A DNA stretch of 64,000 nt, taken from NCBI RefSeq assembly GCF_964355755.1, contig NC_092674.1:6324001-6388000 (forward strand), in the 5' to 3' direction. Each line of letters begins with the position of its first letter. Positions within the stretch are counted from its first letter, which is position 1. Shown here one piece after another: positions 52,501 through 62,487 of this stretch. Origin of the DNA: Antedon mediterranea. Lineage: Eukaryota; Animalia; Echinodermata. Position numbers and translations under genes: made by a program. The notes under the pieces were generated by a model that saw only the letters and a list, made by a program, of their open reading frames with translations, ran no database searches and was not told where the DNA came from.

Positions 52501-55500
52501 TTTTATTTTGTTAAGATGTTGTAGGCTAGCCGATTATAGAAATAGTTTCAGTGCTAACAACCTTTCATTATCACGACGCTCCATGCAACTGACATGGAAC
52601 TAAAAAAAAAAACGTTAAAAGAAATTACAAAAGTTTTTGGTCTTGAACTAGTATACATTAGGATAACCATTTCATTTATCTTTGATAACAACATTTTTTT
52701 TAATCCAATTAAATGATGCTATGATCAATAAGAACAATAAAATCAATTGATTGGACGCATGAAAATATTATTTTCATCAAAGGCAGCATAAATGGTTGTT
52801 CTATAGTTCTAGTATGAAAACTTTTATAATTTCTTTTGTTTTATGTACAGTAAGAAAATGCATATCTATCTAGTTATCGTCGATCGTTATCGTCCTAGTG
52901 TGAATGGTCTTAATTGACCCAATAACTGCATTTTTGCATGGTGTATGTGGAAGTGGAATTGGCTACATTACGATTTTTTTGATCATTATGTTATTATATT
53001 ATTTAGGCATATTGAATCCTTCATTACTTTTGTTCACTGATTTCATAACAATTAGAAAATTCTTTTTATTATAATAATATGTATATTTTGTTATATGATC
53101 TCTAAATATCACCATCACTTCTAAAGCTCTGTCTACACTAGCAAACCTTATTTGATAAAAAAAATGTGATGTGCCCATATATGGACATGATGATGTCATA
53201 TCACTACCATATTTAGGCATATCACCATCATATTTGTGGACATCACACTTTTTTTGGTCAAACTACAGTAGTTCGATAGTGTAGACAGAACTAAAGAAGT
53301 AAATGGGTGGGTTACTTTCAATGACTAAAGTAAACAATGAACTATTGTGGTACTACAGCAAGATACGGCTTATACTATCAGTGGTAACGCCACAGGGAAA
53401 GGTAGAGAAAAAATATAGTACTCCAGCCTCTCCTTTAAGTTATGGTAAATATAGGGATTTTCCCTACTTACAGTAATATATAGATAGACTAGAATACTAA
53501 AATATACAGTATCTATATTCAATCTTTGTTAATTTGATTTGCACATGTATTGCACTTTGTTAGGAGATAATATACAGAGTACATAGTTCACATCATATGT
53601 GGTGACTTTTTTTTTCAAGCCACTTCCTGGTTCTACAAAAACGACTGTGCATTTAATTTTTTTTTCATTTGTAATATAAATATTTTACAAAAAAAACCCA
53701 ATTTAATTATTATTCTTTTTAGACTAGATCAGTCAATCTGAAATAGTTTAGGTGGTTATGAAATAACATTTACCACATGAAATGAAAGAGTATGTTCTAC
53801 TATGTACAGTATACTAACTAAGACGGCATCCCTATCAAGGGCATCCCCATCAAGAGAGCACCCCTATCAAGGGCATCCCCATCAAGAGAGCACCCCTATC
53901 AAGGGCATCCCCATCAAGAGAGCACCCCTATCAAGGGCATCCCCATCAAGAGAGCACCCCTATCAAGGGCATCCCCATCAAGAGAGCACCCCTATCGAGA
54001 GGGTACCCAATAAAGAAGGAACCTCAAAAGGGCACCCCTATCAAGAGGGCACCCCAATATCAAGAGGGTACCCAATCAAGAGGGCACCCTATCAAGACAA
54101 CACTTTCCTGTGAAATAAATTAGATGAATTTATATGTTTTAACACTATGGTCAACCTCTATTCAAAAAGGACACCTCTATCAAGGGACACAATCTCGGGT
54201 TCCAAGGTGTTCCTACTCTGGTTCTTAAAATACAAGATACAAAAGAAAAACATACCCGAATTGGCTTAGTACTTGGATTATGAGGAGGATATTCGTCTAC
54301 ACTTTCACTTGAAGACATGTCATCATCGGAAGCTGTGGGGGATTGGGGTGGTGGCCCCTCTGGTAAGGGTGGCGGGTGAATGTCCGGCTCATCTGAAAGA
54401 ACACTATAGACACCATCATCATTTACAATTTCTGGAAGGTCTGCAGGCAATTTCAAATCTGCATTACTTGGCCAAAGGGTATCATATGGCTCTTCTGAGT
54501 CGTGGTTAAAATTCCTCCCATCATCTCCATTCATATTAATTCCAGATAATCTTGGTTGGCCTGGGTTACTTGGAATTTGAATAGTGGAATATTCTTCAGA
54601 GTCGTCCGCAAATTTCGAACAAATGTTATTATCGGGTAATAGAACAGGTAATGGGGGGAGATCAAAGGGATCAAAGTCACTAGGTTCATGCGGATGGTCA
54701 TCTGGCGGTGGAGCTACGATGAACGATGGTGGCCTACTTGGTTTTCTTGGTGGTAGAACTGGCACATCCTGTATAGAAGGTTTTGGAACTGGTATATCCT
54801 GTATAGGGGGTTTTGGAAATGGCACTTCCTGTATAGGAGGTTTTGGAACTGGTCTTATAGACAAATCAATTGCTGAATTATGAGGTGGAGCCCCGTCACT
54901 GATTGGTCTCTCTGGTAATTGTGGCGCTATTTCTGATGACACGAAATGGGTATTTCGTTCTGCATTACCATTAATCGGATCACTTTTTGGTTTTCGAGGT
55001 CGAGGTACTGGTCTTGGTGTTGTTGATATGGGATACATAGTTACTGGGCGAGTTGATCTTGGTATGGGTACAGGTCTAGGCTTTGAATTTTGTACTGGTT
55101 TTTGTGGTTCTACCGGTCTTTCTGGAGGTCGTGGTGGAATTTGAAGTACAACTCTAGGTGGAATTTGGGGCGGTGGAAGTTTAGGTGGTGGAAGTTGGGG
55201 TGGTGGTAGTTGGGGTGGTGGTAGTTGGGGTGGTGGAAGTTGGGGTGGTGGAAGTTGGGATGGTGGTAGTTGGGGTGGTGGTAGTTGGGGTGGAGGAATT
55301 TGGGGTGGTGCAAAGTCTTGCGGAGTAACTTCATCATCAAAAAGTATCAGATTATTACTATCAATAGGTTGGTCAGTATGCAATCTTTCTTTAAATTCTG
55401 ATTCCGGTCGACATGTCAATATTCTCTGTCTATGACCTCTCATGTCTATACCCATCTCTTTTAGAGTGTTGTCATCTAACTGCTGTAGTTGTTTAACTGT

Positions 55501-55596
55501 GGACAGCATATACATTTCAAACAAATCAACATATTCATCCAACTTGATTAATTTTAGCCACTCTGTCACTGATGTAGCCGCTGAAACAAATTCCAT
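13596..55596 (-). CDS. ARAP: ARAP: Arf-GAP with Rho-GAP domain, ankyrin repeat and PH domains (centaurin-delta), ~40 coding exons
   Basis: Phase-consistent exons: 54256-55596 (SAM + Pro-rich), 51538-51630 (probable), 47859-47906, 47109-47146, 46825-46906, 46333-46395, 45770-45845, 45342-45388 (PH1), 44053-44106, 43454-43531, 43225-43331, 40661-40745 (PH2), 39541-39601, 39061-39114, 38419-38581, 37943-38039 (ArfGAP CADC..CKTCSGAHR), 36980-37051, 36607-36640, 33470-33510, 30583-30610 (ANK), 29674-29876, 29059-29129, 28845-28947 (PH3), 28690-28725, 28244-28291, 27449-27557, 26777-26925 (PH4), 26145-26235, 25300-25515, 24769-24874, 24029-24110, 23180-23419 (RhoGAP EGVYRLAG..NLAAVFGPTL), 22273-22387, 21673-21791 (RA), 21115-21228, 20512-20591, 20139-20186, 19136-19199 (PH5), 18423-18494, 13596-13820 (stop TGA). 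Confidence 0.92.
16743..16897. mobile_element. hAT-like MITE
   Basis: 12-bp TIR CAGTGGCGTAAC/GTTACGCCACTG with perfect 8-bp TSD TGGTGTAT (16735-16742 and 16898-16905). Confidence 0.9.
17480..17680 (+). mobile_element. 5'-truncated Penelope-like retroelement (ORF end + pseudo-LTR)
   Basis: Reads LSHIYDQLL.. as at the C-terminus of Penelope/Poseidon GIY-YIG ORFs, then a hammerhead motif and a GTAAGT donor. Confidence 0.65.
17588..17631 (+). ncRNA. Type I hammerhead ribozyme motif
   Basis: GCAA CTGAAGA A GTC-AAGCTGACAGCTA-GAC GAAA CTG TC TTGC: stem I GCAA/TTGC, stem II GTC..GAC, GUC cleavage triplet. Confidence 0.72.
18143..18288. mobile_element. MITE family A copy with TAA TSD
   Basis: TAA|AGCTCTG...CAGAGCT|TAA. 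Confidence 0.85.
18875..18962. repeat. 18-bp-scale tandem repeat (CCTGAGTTTATGGGTGAT) ending in poly-G
   Basis: About 5 visible copies. Confidence 0.75.
19915..20050 (-). mobile_element. Decayed LINE AP-endonuclease fragment
   Basis: Translates TGILISDINDHLPI, resembling the terminal SDHxP motif of CR1/L2-group endonucleases. Confidence 0.5.
24425..24720 (-). mobile_element. SINE with Deu/Nin-like core
   Basis: Minus strand has TCGGATAAGGACTAAAACCG..GTGCACTTTAAAGAACC (Deu-domain-like) and an (AAAT)n tail. Confidence 0.6.
25738..26122. repeat. 35-bp minisatellite x11 (CATTAACCAGTAGGTGTAAACAGACCCCAAAATGA)
   Basis: Near-identical tandem copies, 22 bp from the donor of exon 26145-26235. Confidence 0.95.
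28040..28218. mobile_element. MITE family B copy
   Basis: Same TIR and internal sequence as 55891-56069; TTA on both flanks. Confidence 0.85.
32067..32500 (-). mobile_element. 3' end of a CR1/L2-group LINE
   Basis: Minus strand translates ..IPFFKTTSFKHSIKFTGPKLWDNVP.., typical ORF2 C-terminus, then 3'UTR and (ATTG)n tail. Confidence 0.7.
32863..33338 (-). mobile_element. Second locus of the tRNA-containing ~360-bp repeat, 1.3 head-to-tail units
   Basis: Period 356 bp (AAACACATTAGGCAAAG at 32863 and 33219); tRNA-like part 32974-33037 with an 8-nt D-arm deletion. Confidence 0.85.
34132..34289. mobile_element. MITE family B copy with TAA TSD, within a local tandem duplication
   Basis: TAA at 34129-34131 and 34290-34292; the paralogous copy has an empty site at 34523-34525. 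Confidence 0.8.
39293..39453. mobile_element. MITE family A reference copy (Tourist/PIF-Harbinger-like, TWA TSD)
   Basis: TAA|AGCTCTGTCTACACTATCAAA...TTTGATAGTGTAGACAGAGCT|TAA. Further copies or fragments near 2312, 11054, 15001, 21373, 25113, 27700, 29169, 38264, 44170, 45924, 46170, 47705, 48354, 53124, 57703, 58196. Confidence 0.9.
39737..40233. mobile_element. ~500-bp non-autonomous DNA transposon with ~50-bp imperfect TIRs
   Basis: GAGAGGTTTCGCAA..ACGAATACGATAA..AAAACGGATACGTCA is the inverse of TGACGTATCCGTTTT..TTATCGTATTCGTA..TTGCGAAATCTCCC. Confidence 0.75.
40434..40717. repeat. 142-bp tandem duplication of an ARAP exon 3' end, donor and intron start
   Basis: 40434-40575 is nearly identical to 40576-40717. 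Confidence 0.95.
41184..43260. repeat. 67-bp tandem array x31 composed of ARAP exon 3' end plus 5' splice site
   Basis: 2077 bp = 31 x 67; the last unit overlaps coding exon 43225-43331. Confidence 0.97.
44341..44655. repeat. 35-bp G-rich minisatellite x9 (GTTGTGGGCCGGGCTGGGCTGGTGTGGGCCGGGTG)
   Basis: Directly visible; one substitution at 44461. Confidence 0.95.
48879..48980. repeat. 21-bp tandem repeat CATATCACTACCATATTTGGG x~5, derived from MITE family A interior
   Basis: Identical to the internal subrepeat of MITE A. Confidence 0.9.
53828..54097. repeat. 32-bp (2 x 16) tandem repeat CCCTATCAAGGGCATCCCCATCAAGAGAGCAC
   Basis: About 5 clean copies followed by degenerate ones. Confidence 0.9.
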
Positions 55597-55890
55597 TTTT
55601 GTTTTTTTCTAGTTTTTTAGTTAAAGTGATGATACATTAGTCATAACATGGTACCTAAAAAAGAAAAGAAAAATGATTAAGAATGTTTTAAACTTAACAG
55701 TTAAATGATGCCGTAAATCATCACATCATATTTTGGGACACGTCCCTCATTAGGGGACATTCCTACTAAGGAGACTTTGTGGAAATTGTTTTCTGTGTCA
55801 GTCTAGCCCTTCCTGATCTGTTAATAATAATATCTGAGTATAATGGGTAGGTTGAGTCTTGTATAATTGAATTAATTTTCTTAAGTGTAA

Positions 55891-56069
55891 AGCTTGGTTC
55901 CCACTAGAACGTAACGCAAGGACGTAAACGCAACGCAAGCGTTTTAACCAATGACAAGCGAAGTTATAGACAGTTAGAAATCACAATCGAATAAGCCATC
56001 GCTTGTGATTGGTTAAAACGCTTGCGTTGCGTTTACGTCCTTGCGTTACGTTCTAGTGGGAACCAAGCT
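55891..56069. mobile_element. MITE family B reference copy, young
   Basis: 62-bp perfect TIR (71 bp with one mismatch); TAA TSD at 55888-55890 and 56070-56072. Confidence 0.93.
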
Positions 56070-56699
56070 TAAACATACTATCATCTAGAGATTTCACTTT
56101 GACACCGATAACTCTCCTTTTAACTCTATACTATTAATATTAGTAATTTGAAGATATCATTAAAAGTTCCTTGTAAACTTAGAGGAAATAGTTCATTTTA
56201 TATAAAAAAAACAAAATTGGAGCAATATGAACAATCATGACCTTTATTTCCGGTAGAGCAATTTCCATTAAAAAAACACAGATACCATATCAGTTATATT
56301 CTGACGTATTGTGATGTTAATTTAATAGAGTTATTCAACCATTAAAGATATAAACCAGAGGTCAAAATAAATTCTTTTTTAATTTCAGTCTTTAAAGTAA
56401 TCCTTTTACTAAAAAAAATAATGCAATTACATTGCTAAATATTATATATTTATAATATAAATATAAAGACGACCCAAGGGAGAATTATTACAGTAATCAC
56501 TTTTTGATATCTATTTTCTACAGTCTATTAATAGTGTATTAAAAAAGCTGGATCCACCACCACTAATAAAAAAAATAAAAAACAATGTAATTATAAAAAC
56601 AACAAAGTCCATGAAGGACTTATGAAAGTTGGAAAAGCTCTTCATCAGTAAAAGCAGCAATTTACCTAAAAAATGGCAAACCATTTGGTGTGTTTCAGA

Positions 56700-56980
56700 A
56701 AATGTATAGCAATTAAAAAACCATGTTAATACCTTTATTTATACACAACGCCGATGTTTCAGGTGCATTTTAACGACTAATTTAAAATGAACAATTGATA
56801 TTAAAATCCAAAGGCAAATTACTGAGAAAACGACAATGCTGTGGCTATCATCAGTGGCTGGAGATATAGTACAAAATAGAATAATCACAAGGCTATTATC
56901 AAAACGATATAGTAAAAAAGCCAGAAAAATTTGCAGAGCTTTCTGGCAAAACTAGCCCTTCATCAGATCAGTGCAAGCTG
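56700..56980 (-). mobile_element. Decayed Penelope pseudo-LTR with disrupted hammerhead
   Basis: GCAGAGCTTTCTGGCAAAACTAGCCCTTCATCAG matches 5394-5427; the left boundary is approximate. Confidence 0.55.
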
Positions 56981-57419
56981 ATAATTATATATAATGTTGT
57001 CCTATATAGCTATAACTAATGTTTGTCTATTGATCAAATTCATGTCCTGTTTTTACAGTAAACAACACAAGAAATACTGTAATGAAGGAACCATTGAATG
57101 ACCTAAATACCACATACTTCCAGTTAACCAAGTATTGTCTGGAGTGGTGGTTCCTCCATGACAGTTGACACAGAAGGAATCCATTTAGGATAAATGAATC
57201 CGGAATGGAACTTGACATTTGATTCTTCTGTAGTATTTCTTCTAAAGATAAAGAGTGTGTGTCACTATATTTTTATATTAAATATCCTTTTTCCTGGTTC
57301 TCTCATAATATCCAAGCGCTTCTTCAAATAGTAAATTTAAAAAAATGGAATTTTTTCCACACTATATTCCACTTCACTTGGAATCAAGGTAAGTGGTGTG
57401 CCGCAAGAAATTTGACCAC

Positions 57420-57680
57420 TGTGGAGCAGTGGTTAGAGCATTAGACTAGCAATCAGCAAGGTTGTGGGAGGTCACTGCAGTGACTGAGTTTTTGAGCAAG
57501 ATTCTTTATCCACCTTCTTTCTCCTCACCCAGGTGACAAAAATTGGTATCCGTATTTGATAAGGAGTGGCTTATTATCAACAGACATGAATACAGTGGGG
57601 TCTGGCCCAAATGAATGAAGATGGGCAACACGGCTCTTAGCAAATAGGCTTCAGTTTTGACTTTACCTATACCTTTTACC
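57420..57680 (+). mobile_element. tRNA-derived SINE, degenerate
   Basis: A-box head TGGAGCAGTGGTTAGAGC, core TTGAGCAAGA..CACCCAGGTG, tail of TTTTACC repeats. Confidence 0.7.
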
Positions 57681-58781
57681 CATATATATCATACAGTATG
57701 TATACACTATCAAACTTTATGTGACAAAAAAAATGTGATGTGCCCATAATATGGATGATGTCATATCACTACCATGTTTGGGCATATCACTTCCATATTT
57801 GAGGATAGCACACTTTTTTGTCTAACTAGTTTGATAGTTTAGACAGAGCTTAAAAAAAGATTCAAAAGCTCTAGGAAACAAGAACAACATACTAAAACCC
57901 TTACAAAGTAAATAAATTACTTTTATTATGCAAAGCAGCATTTAGGATATGATCATTCACTAAACAAACACAAAACTTGTTCCTTGAAATCATTATTCGT
58001 TTATTTCATACACATCCAACAGAGAGTAACTCACCAATTACAGGATGGATAAACTATTTAATAATTTATCGTGCTTATAAAATAAAAATTTATATATTTT
58101 TCTCTCAAAATTTATGAAAAGTTTAAGGGAATTCCTACACATACATGGATCTGAATTAAAACCACTGAAACAATAGGAAACAATGAATTGGTATTAGCTC
58201 TGTCTAGACTATCAGACAAGTTTGACAACAAAAGGTGATGTACCCAAATATGGTGGTGATATGACCAAATATGGTAGTGATATAACATCATCATGTCCAT
58301 ATTTGGGCATATCACTTTTTTTGTCACATAAAGTTTTATAGTATATATTTGAAAAATATTGAATTGATTTTAATATTGTACAGTAGTTTCATGAATAGGC
58401 AAATTGTTATTTTTAGGATTTTTTAGTTTTTATTATAATTTCTAATAACGTCCCTGAAAGGATGTTTAATTATTGAATTTCTTAGAAAAATTCTCACATG
58501 ACTGTTTTTATGATTTAAAGACATTTTTAAAAAACAAAAAAGATAGTGGTTTAGGTTTTATTACTTTAGTGTCTAAAAATAAATAATTTTTGATAAATGG
58601 CTACAGTACAGCAGCATGTTAACATGGTGTGAAAATCACAAGTTCTGTTTGCATATTAGGAAGATTTTTATTTATGATTTTACATGACATTTCAGATTGT
58701 TAATCTTAAGAGTAGACAGAATACTGTAGGTTCTAGGACTAGCTGGCTGGCACATACACTGATGCAGCCACAAAAAAATTA

Positions 58782-59605
58782 CGCCGTGGCTAAAGATAAG
58801 GTACCGTATTCTAACTTCTGTTTACTAAAGGTACGGTAAAATTGCATTACGTCATAATCAGCCAATGGGGTGCTGGTACGTGTGTGACGTCATCGTATAA
58901 GGACTTGGGATTTTTTTTTCATATCGCGTCTGTTGTTGGTTGTATATATGTAGAGAATTCCTATCGGCGGCGCCAGGCTGCGTGGATGTGTGTGCGCTGC
59001 AGATGAGGGTTTTATTTTTATTCCAAATGGCTTATTTAGGCCTATATTTTTTTAAAACTTTGTTTACAATGGTGACCATAAACCACAAGCAAATGCGGAC
59101 AATAAAGGGGCCCTTAAATACTATGATTTAGACAGCAGTGTAGCCCCAGGGCTGACGAGTCACAGAAATCAGCGCACACATATGCAGCTGGCCCCAGCCT
59201 GGCATCGCTTTCCCTACACAAACAAACTCATATAATGAGGTTATACATAGTACGTAGTAAGTAGGCCTAGGCCTCTTTTAAAACGGTTTTCTGTAATTTT
59301 CTAGAATTAAAATCAACATGGCTTTTCAATAATAATAACAGACGTAGGCTACATTTAGTTTTTGTCACACACGACGGCGATAATAGCGATAAATAAATTA
59401 TAAAGAAAATGCGGTTGATCACTGTTTTCGCCATGGAAGTATACCTCTATGGTTTTCGCGATATGAAAAAAATCCACAAAGTCCTTATACGATGACGTCA
59501 CACACACGTACCAGCACCCCATTGGCTGGTTATGACGTAATGCAATTTTACCGTATCTTTAGTAAACAGAAGTTAGAATACGGTACCGTATCTTTAGCCA
59601 CAGCG
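58782..59605. mobile_element. 824-bp foldback/Mutator-like non-autonomous element
   Basis: ~147-bp TIRs (58782-58928 vs 59457-59605); 10-bp TSD AAAAAAATTA/AAAAACATTA (9 of 10 match). Confidence 0.85.
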
Positions 59606-60190
59606 AAAAACATTAAGTGGTGGCGATTTTTGCAGGATAGCAACAATCTCTGTTGAAGCCACTGGGTACGTCTCTCTGAAAAAGTGATCAGGTTGAAACC
59701 GTACCAACCATACTGGTGGCTATGGCCCTAACGTATTTGTTGGCGCTTGCCTACTGATAATCATGGATAAAGTGTGAAAATGTAGTGTAGCGCTGTTAGG
59801 TGAATCTCCATCATTGAACTAGTACTAATAATCTATACTTTCCTTATTAAAAAAAAAAATGTTATAAATAATATAAAAAATACAATTCAAAAAAACTGCA
59901 TTGAATAATTGTTTTAAAACAATTGTTTATTAAGAAAATGAGCAAACTATTCAACATATAATTACAATATTCCTTTAGAATAATGCCTTTTTGTTGAATG
60001 GTTTAATTTAAGCTACAAACAGTACAATACAGGAGGCGGCTATGGTGGTAGTGAGAAACAAATATCCTGTATGTCTGTATGTATCATGGGGCTAGGCCGT
60101 ACAGCCTACACACTAAGTACAGACTTAAAACATAGTTTTTAACAGTGTTTTATTCATTAAATTATATCAAAATACCTTCACCATACTTAC

Positions 60191-61325
60191 CAGATTTTGT
60201 AGAACAAGTAGACAAAAAAGTCTATATGACATTGAACTGGTTTAAAATTCCAGGGCCATAAACAATTTTTTGGCTACCTTTTTACGTGCTACTGGGACTT
60301 CTGTCCAGGAAGTTTGATAACTTTCCTGGATCTCTCGCTGTTCGTATTTGTGTTACCTACTTCCGCCTCAGATATTGCATTGTGTACTGTCAAGGGTTTT
60401 AGCTCTTATAAGTGTTTATCAATTGACTGAGAACTGTCGATAAAAAACCGAATACTTCCGAATACTGCCGATACATTTTTTGTTGTTTAATATACATAAT
60501 TTAAATTAATAATATTATAAGCTATTTTCATGTAAAATGTAATAATAAAAACACATTTTCGTTCTGTTTGACGTACGTGTAATTCGCTGTATTGTGCGTC
60601 TGCATTATAGAGCGTACAGAAAGTGCGTAACGGAAACGCGTCTAAGCGCGCGTGTTACGCATTTCCTCAATGCGCTTACCGTCTCTAGAGTAGAATCAAA
60701 ATTAAGTGCCACCGATCGGACTGCGATAATTTAAATGGGTTTGGAGTTTATTTCATTTTATTCTTAAAATAAATGTATATAAATAATAAAATGATAATTC
60801 TCTTTCTTTCTGAAATGTAAATTTATTATAAATTATATATTAATATTGATATCAATAAAAATTAAACTGAAAATAATCCAAGAAAAAAACACTTTCAATT
60901 TATTCTTCTTTAATTTATAAAGAAAAAAACGAAACAAATTAAACAATACATTTTTAAAAATAAGCTGTCATTGTCTTCTATAATTTCAGTATTTTAACTA
61001 GTTTTAGAACTGACTAGCGCCATCAATAGATTATGTATGCTTCGATAATGTATTTTATTTTACAATTACTGTAACTCGAAATGACATAAATAAATCAATA
61101 TAATTTTAAGAAAATTTGTATGAATATTAATCGATTTTTTCTATTGTTATTGACAAGACAAACGCAATTATTTTATTTAAAAGATGTTGGCATTACATAC
61201 GAATTATTTAAGCGAAATTAAATCCCAGTACCAAAATAGAGGGCGCATGTACTTTGTTTTTCTATTTTATCGTTTTCTTTGTCGTAATTTTGGCTAGACT
61301 GACCCGATTTGATGCTCAGAAAAAG
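60191..61325. promoter_or_regulatory. Putative bidirectional promoter with non-coding first exons of ARAP (-) and the zinc-finger gene (+)
   Basis: Minus-strand donor CTG|GTAAGT at 60190; plus-strand donor AAG|GTACG at 61326; CpG patch ~60570-60725; ACTTCCG ETS-like motifs at ~60359 and ~60454. Confidence 0.5.
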
Positions 61326-62487
61326 GTACGCACGCCCTGAATATCACTTTAAATATTACTTTAGTAGTTAATTATTCATAATTTAGTATTACAGGATGTA
61401 AATTAAATTCTTTAGGGATAAACGATTCCGGATTAAATTTAATTGAGATTTACTATTGATTTAAGAAAAGTATTTTTTTCCAGTACAAGGTGGATGTGGG
61501 CACGTCCTAATGCTTGTTGGACGAGTTCTTTTGTTACCTTTCCCCATTCATCTTTTTTTTACGGTCAGCCTCAATAAGGCGACAGGTTCCAAATGACAGA
61601 ACAATATAATTACCTACACAACACGAACTCCGTTATTAAAAACACAATAATTGCCGGATACATCATTTATAAATAATGTACTAAAAAATGATTTTGATTT
61701 CGTTTTTTACTGCACAAGTTTTATTATTATGGATGGATGGATGAATTATCCACTCACTATGCATCCAGCACGCACGGCGGCCGTGAGCAAGGTGTGTAAT
61801 TACACACAGTGGGCAGTAAATTCTTGTCGGGTCTCCAGACAGCTTTAGAATACATTTTAGGCCTTTTAGTTTCGTGATAGTATTTTTATTTATTTTGACT
61901 GTTTTAGAATTATCTTTATTCCACTAATTAACCATAAATGTTTTCGTCAACATTTCAGACCCAGACAGATGGATGATGTGTCAACTCTTTATTTAGTCGA
62001 TAATTTCAATCATAAAATAAAATGTTATTGTAATATATTAACATTTTTATTAAAAACAAACACGAATTTATAAATGTGTTTAAATTTTATTATTTATACA
62101 ATTTTTTTGATCTAAAGATTGAGAAATAAGAAGAAAGAATCTCAAATCAGAATATTTTATGTACATTTAGAGGTCCCAACTGGAAAATAAAAAGAAATAT
62201 TAGAAAAATTATAAAGCAGGGCTAAACTATAGAGGGTGCTATCATTTAACAAAATACATTCAAACATAGAGGGTGCTATTTTATGGGTGTTAGGCTGTTA
62301 GTAGTATGTCAGGCGCTTTCAAAGCATGGTTATGCTGATTGTGGAAAATGTGTAAACAGAATCACTTGAAATAGCTAGAGTAGACATTAACTTAATTTGT
62401 AGCTATAGCTTTTTGATTGATGAATGTAATTTTTTTTTGTTTTCTCTTTCAGTAGGGCCACTCTAAGTATGTAAGTGCATCTTCAAA

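Noticed and set aside
52562-52599. Exon-like block FHVSCMERRDNE in ARAP intron
   Set aside because: Good acceptor, but the available donors give phase 2, incompatible with the phase-0 neighbours; left out of the model.
59150-59175. CTGACGA..GAAA hammerhead-like string (similar strings near 29504-29550)
   Set aside because: Stem II and stem I cannot form correctly.
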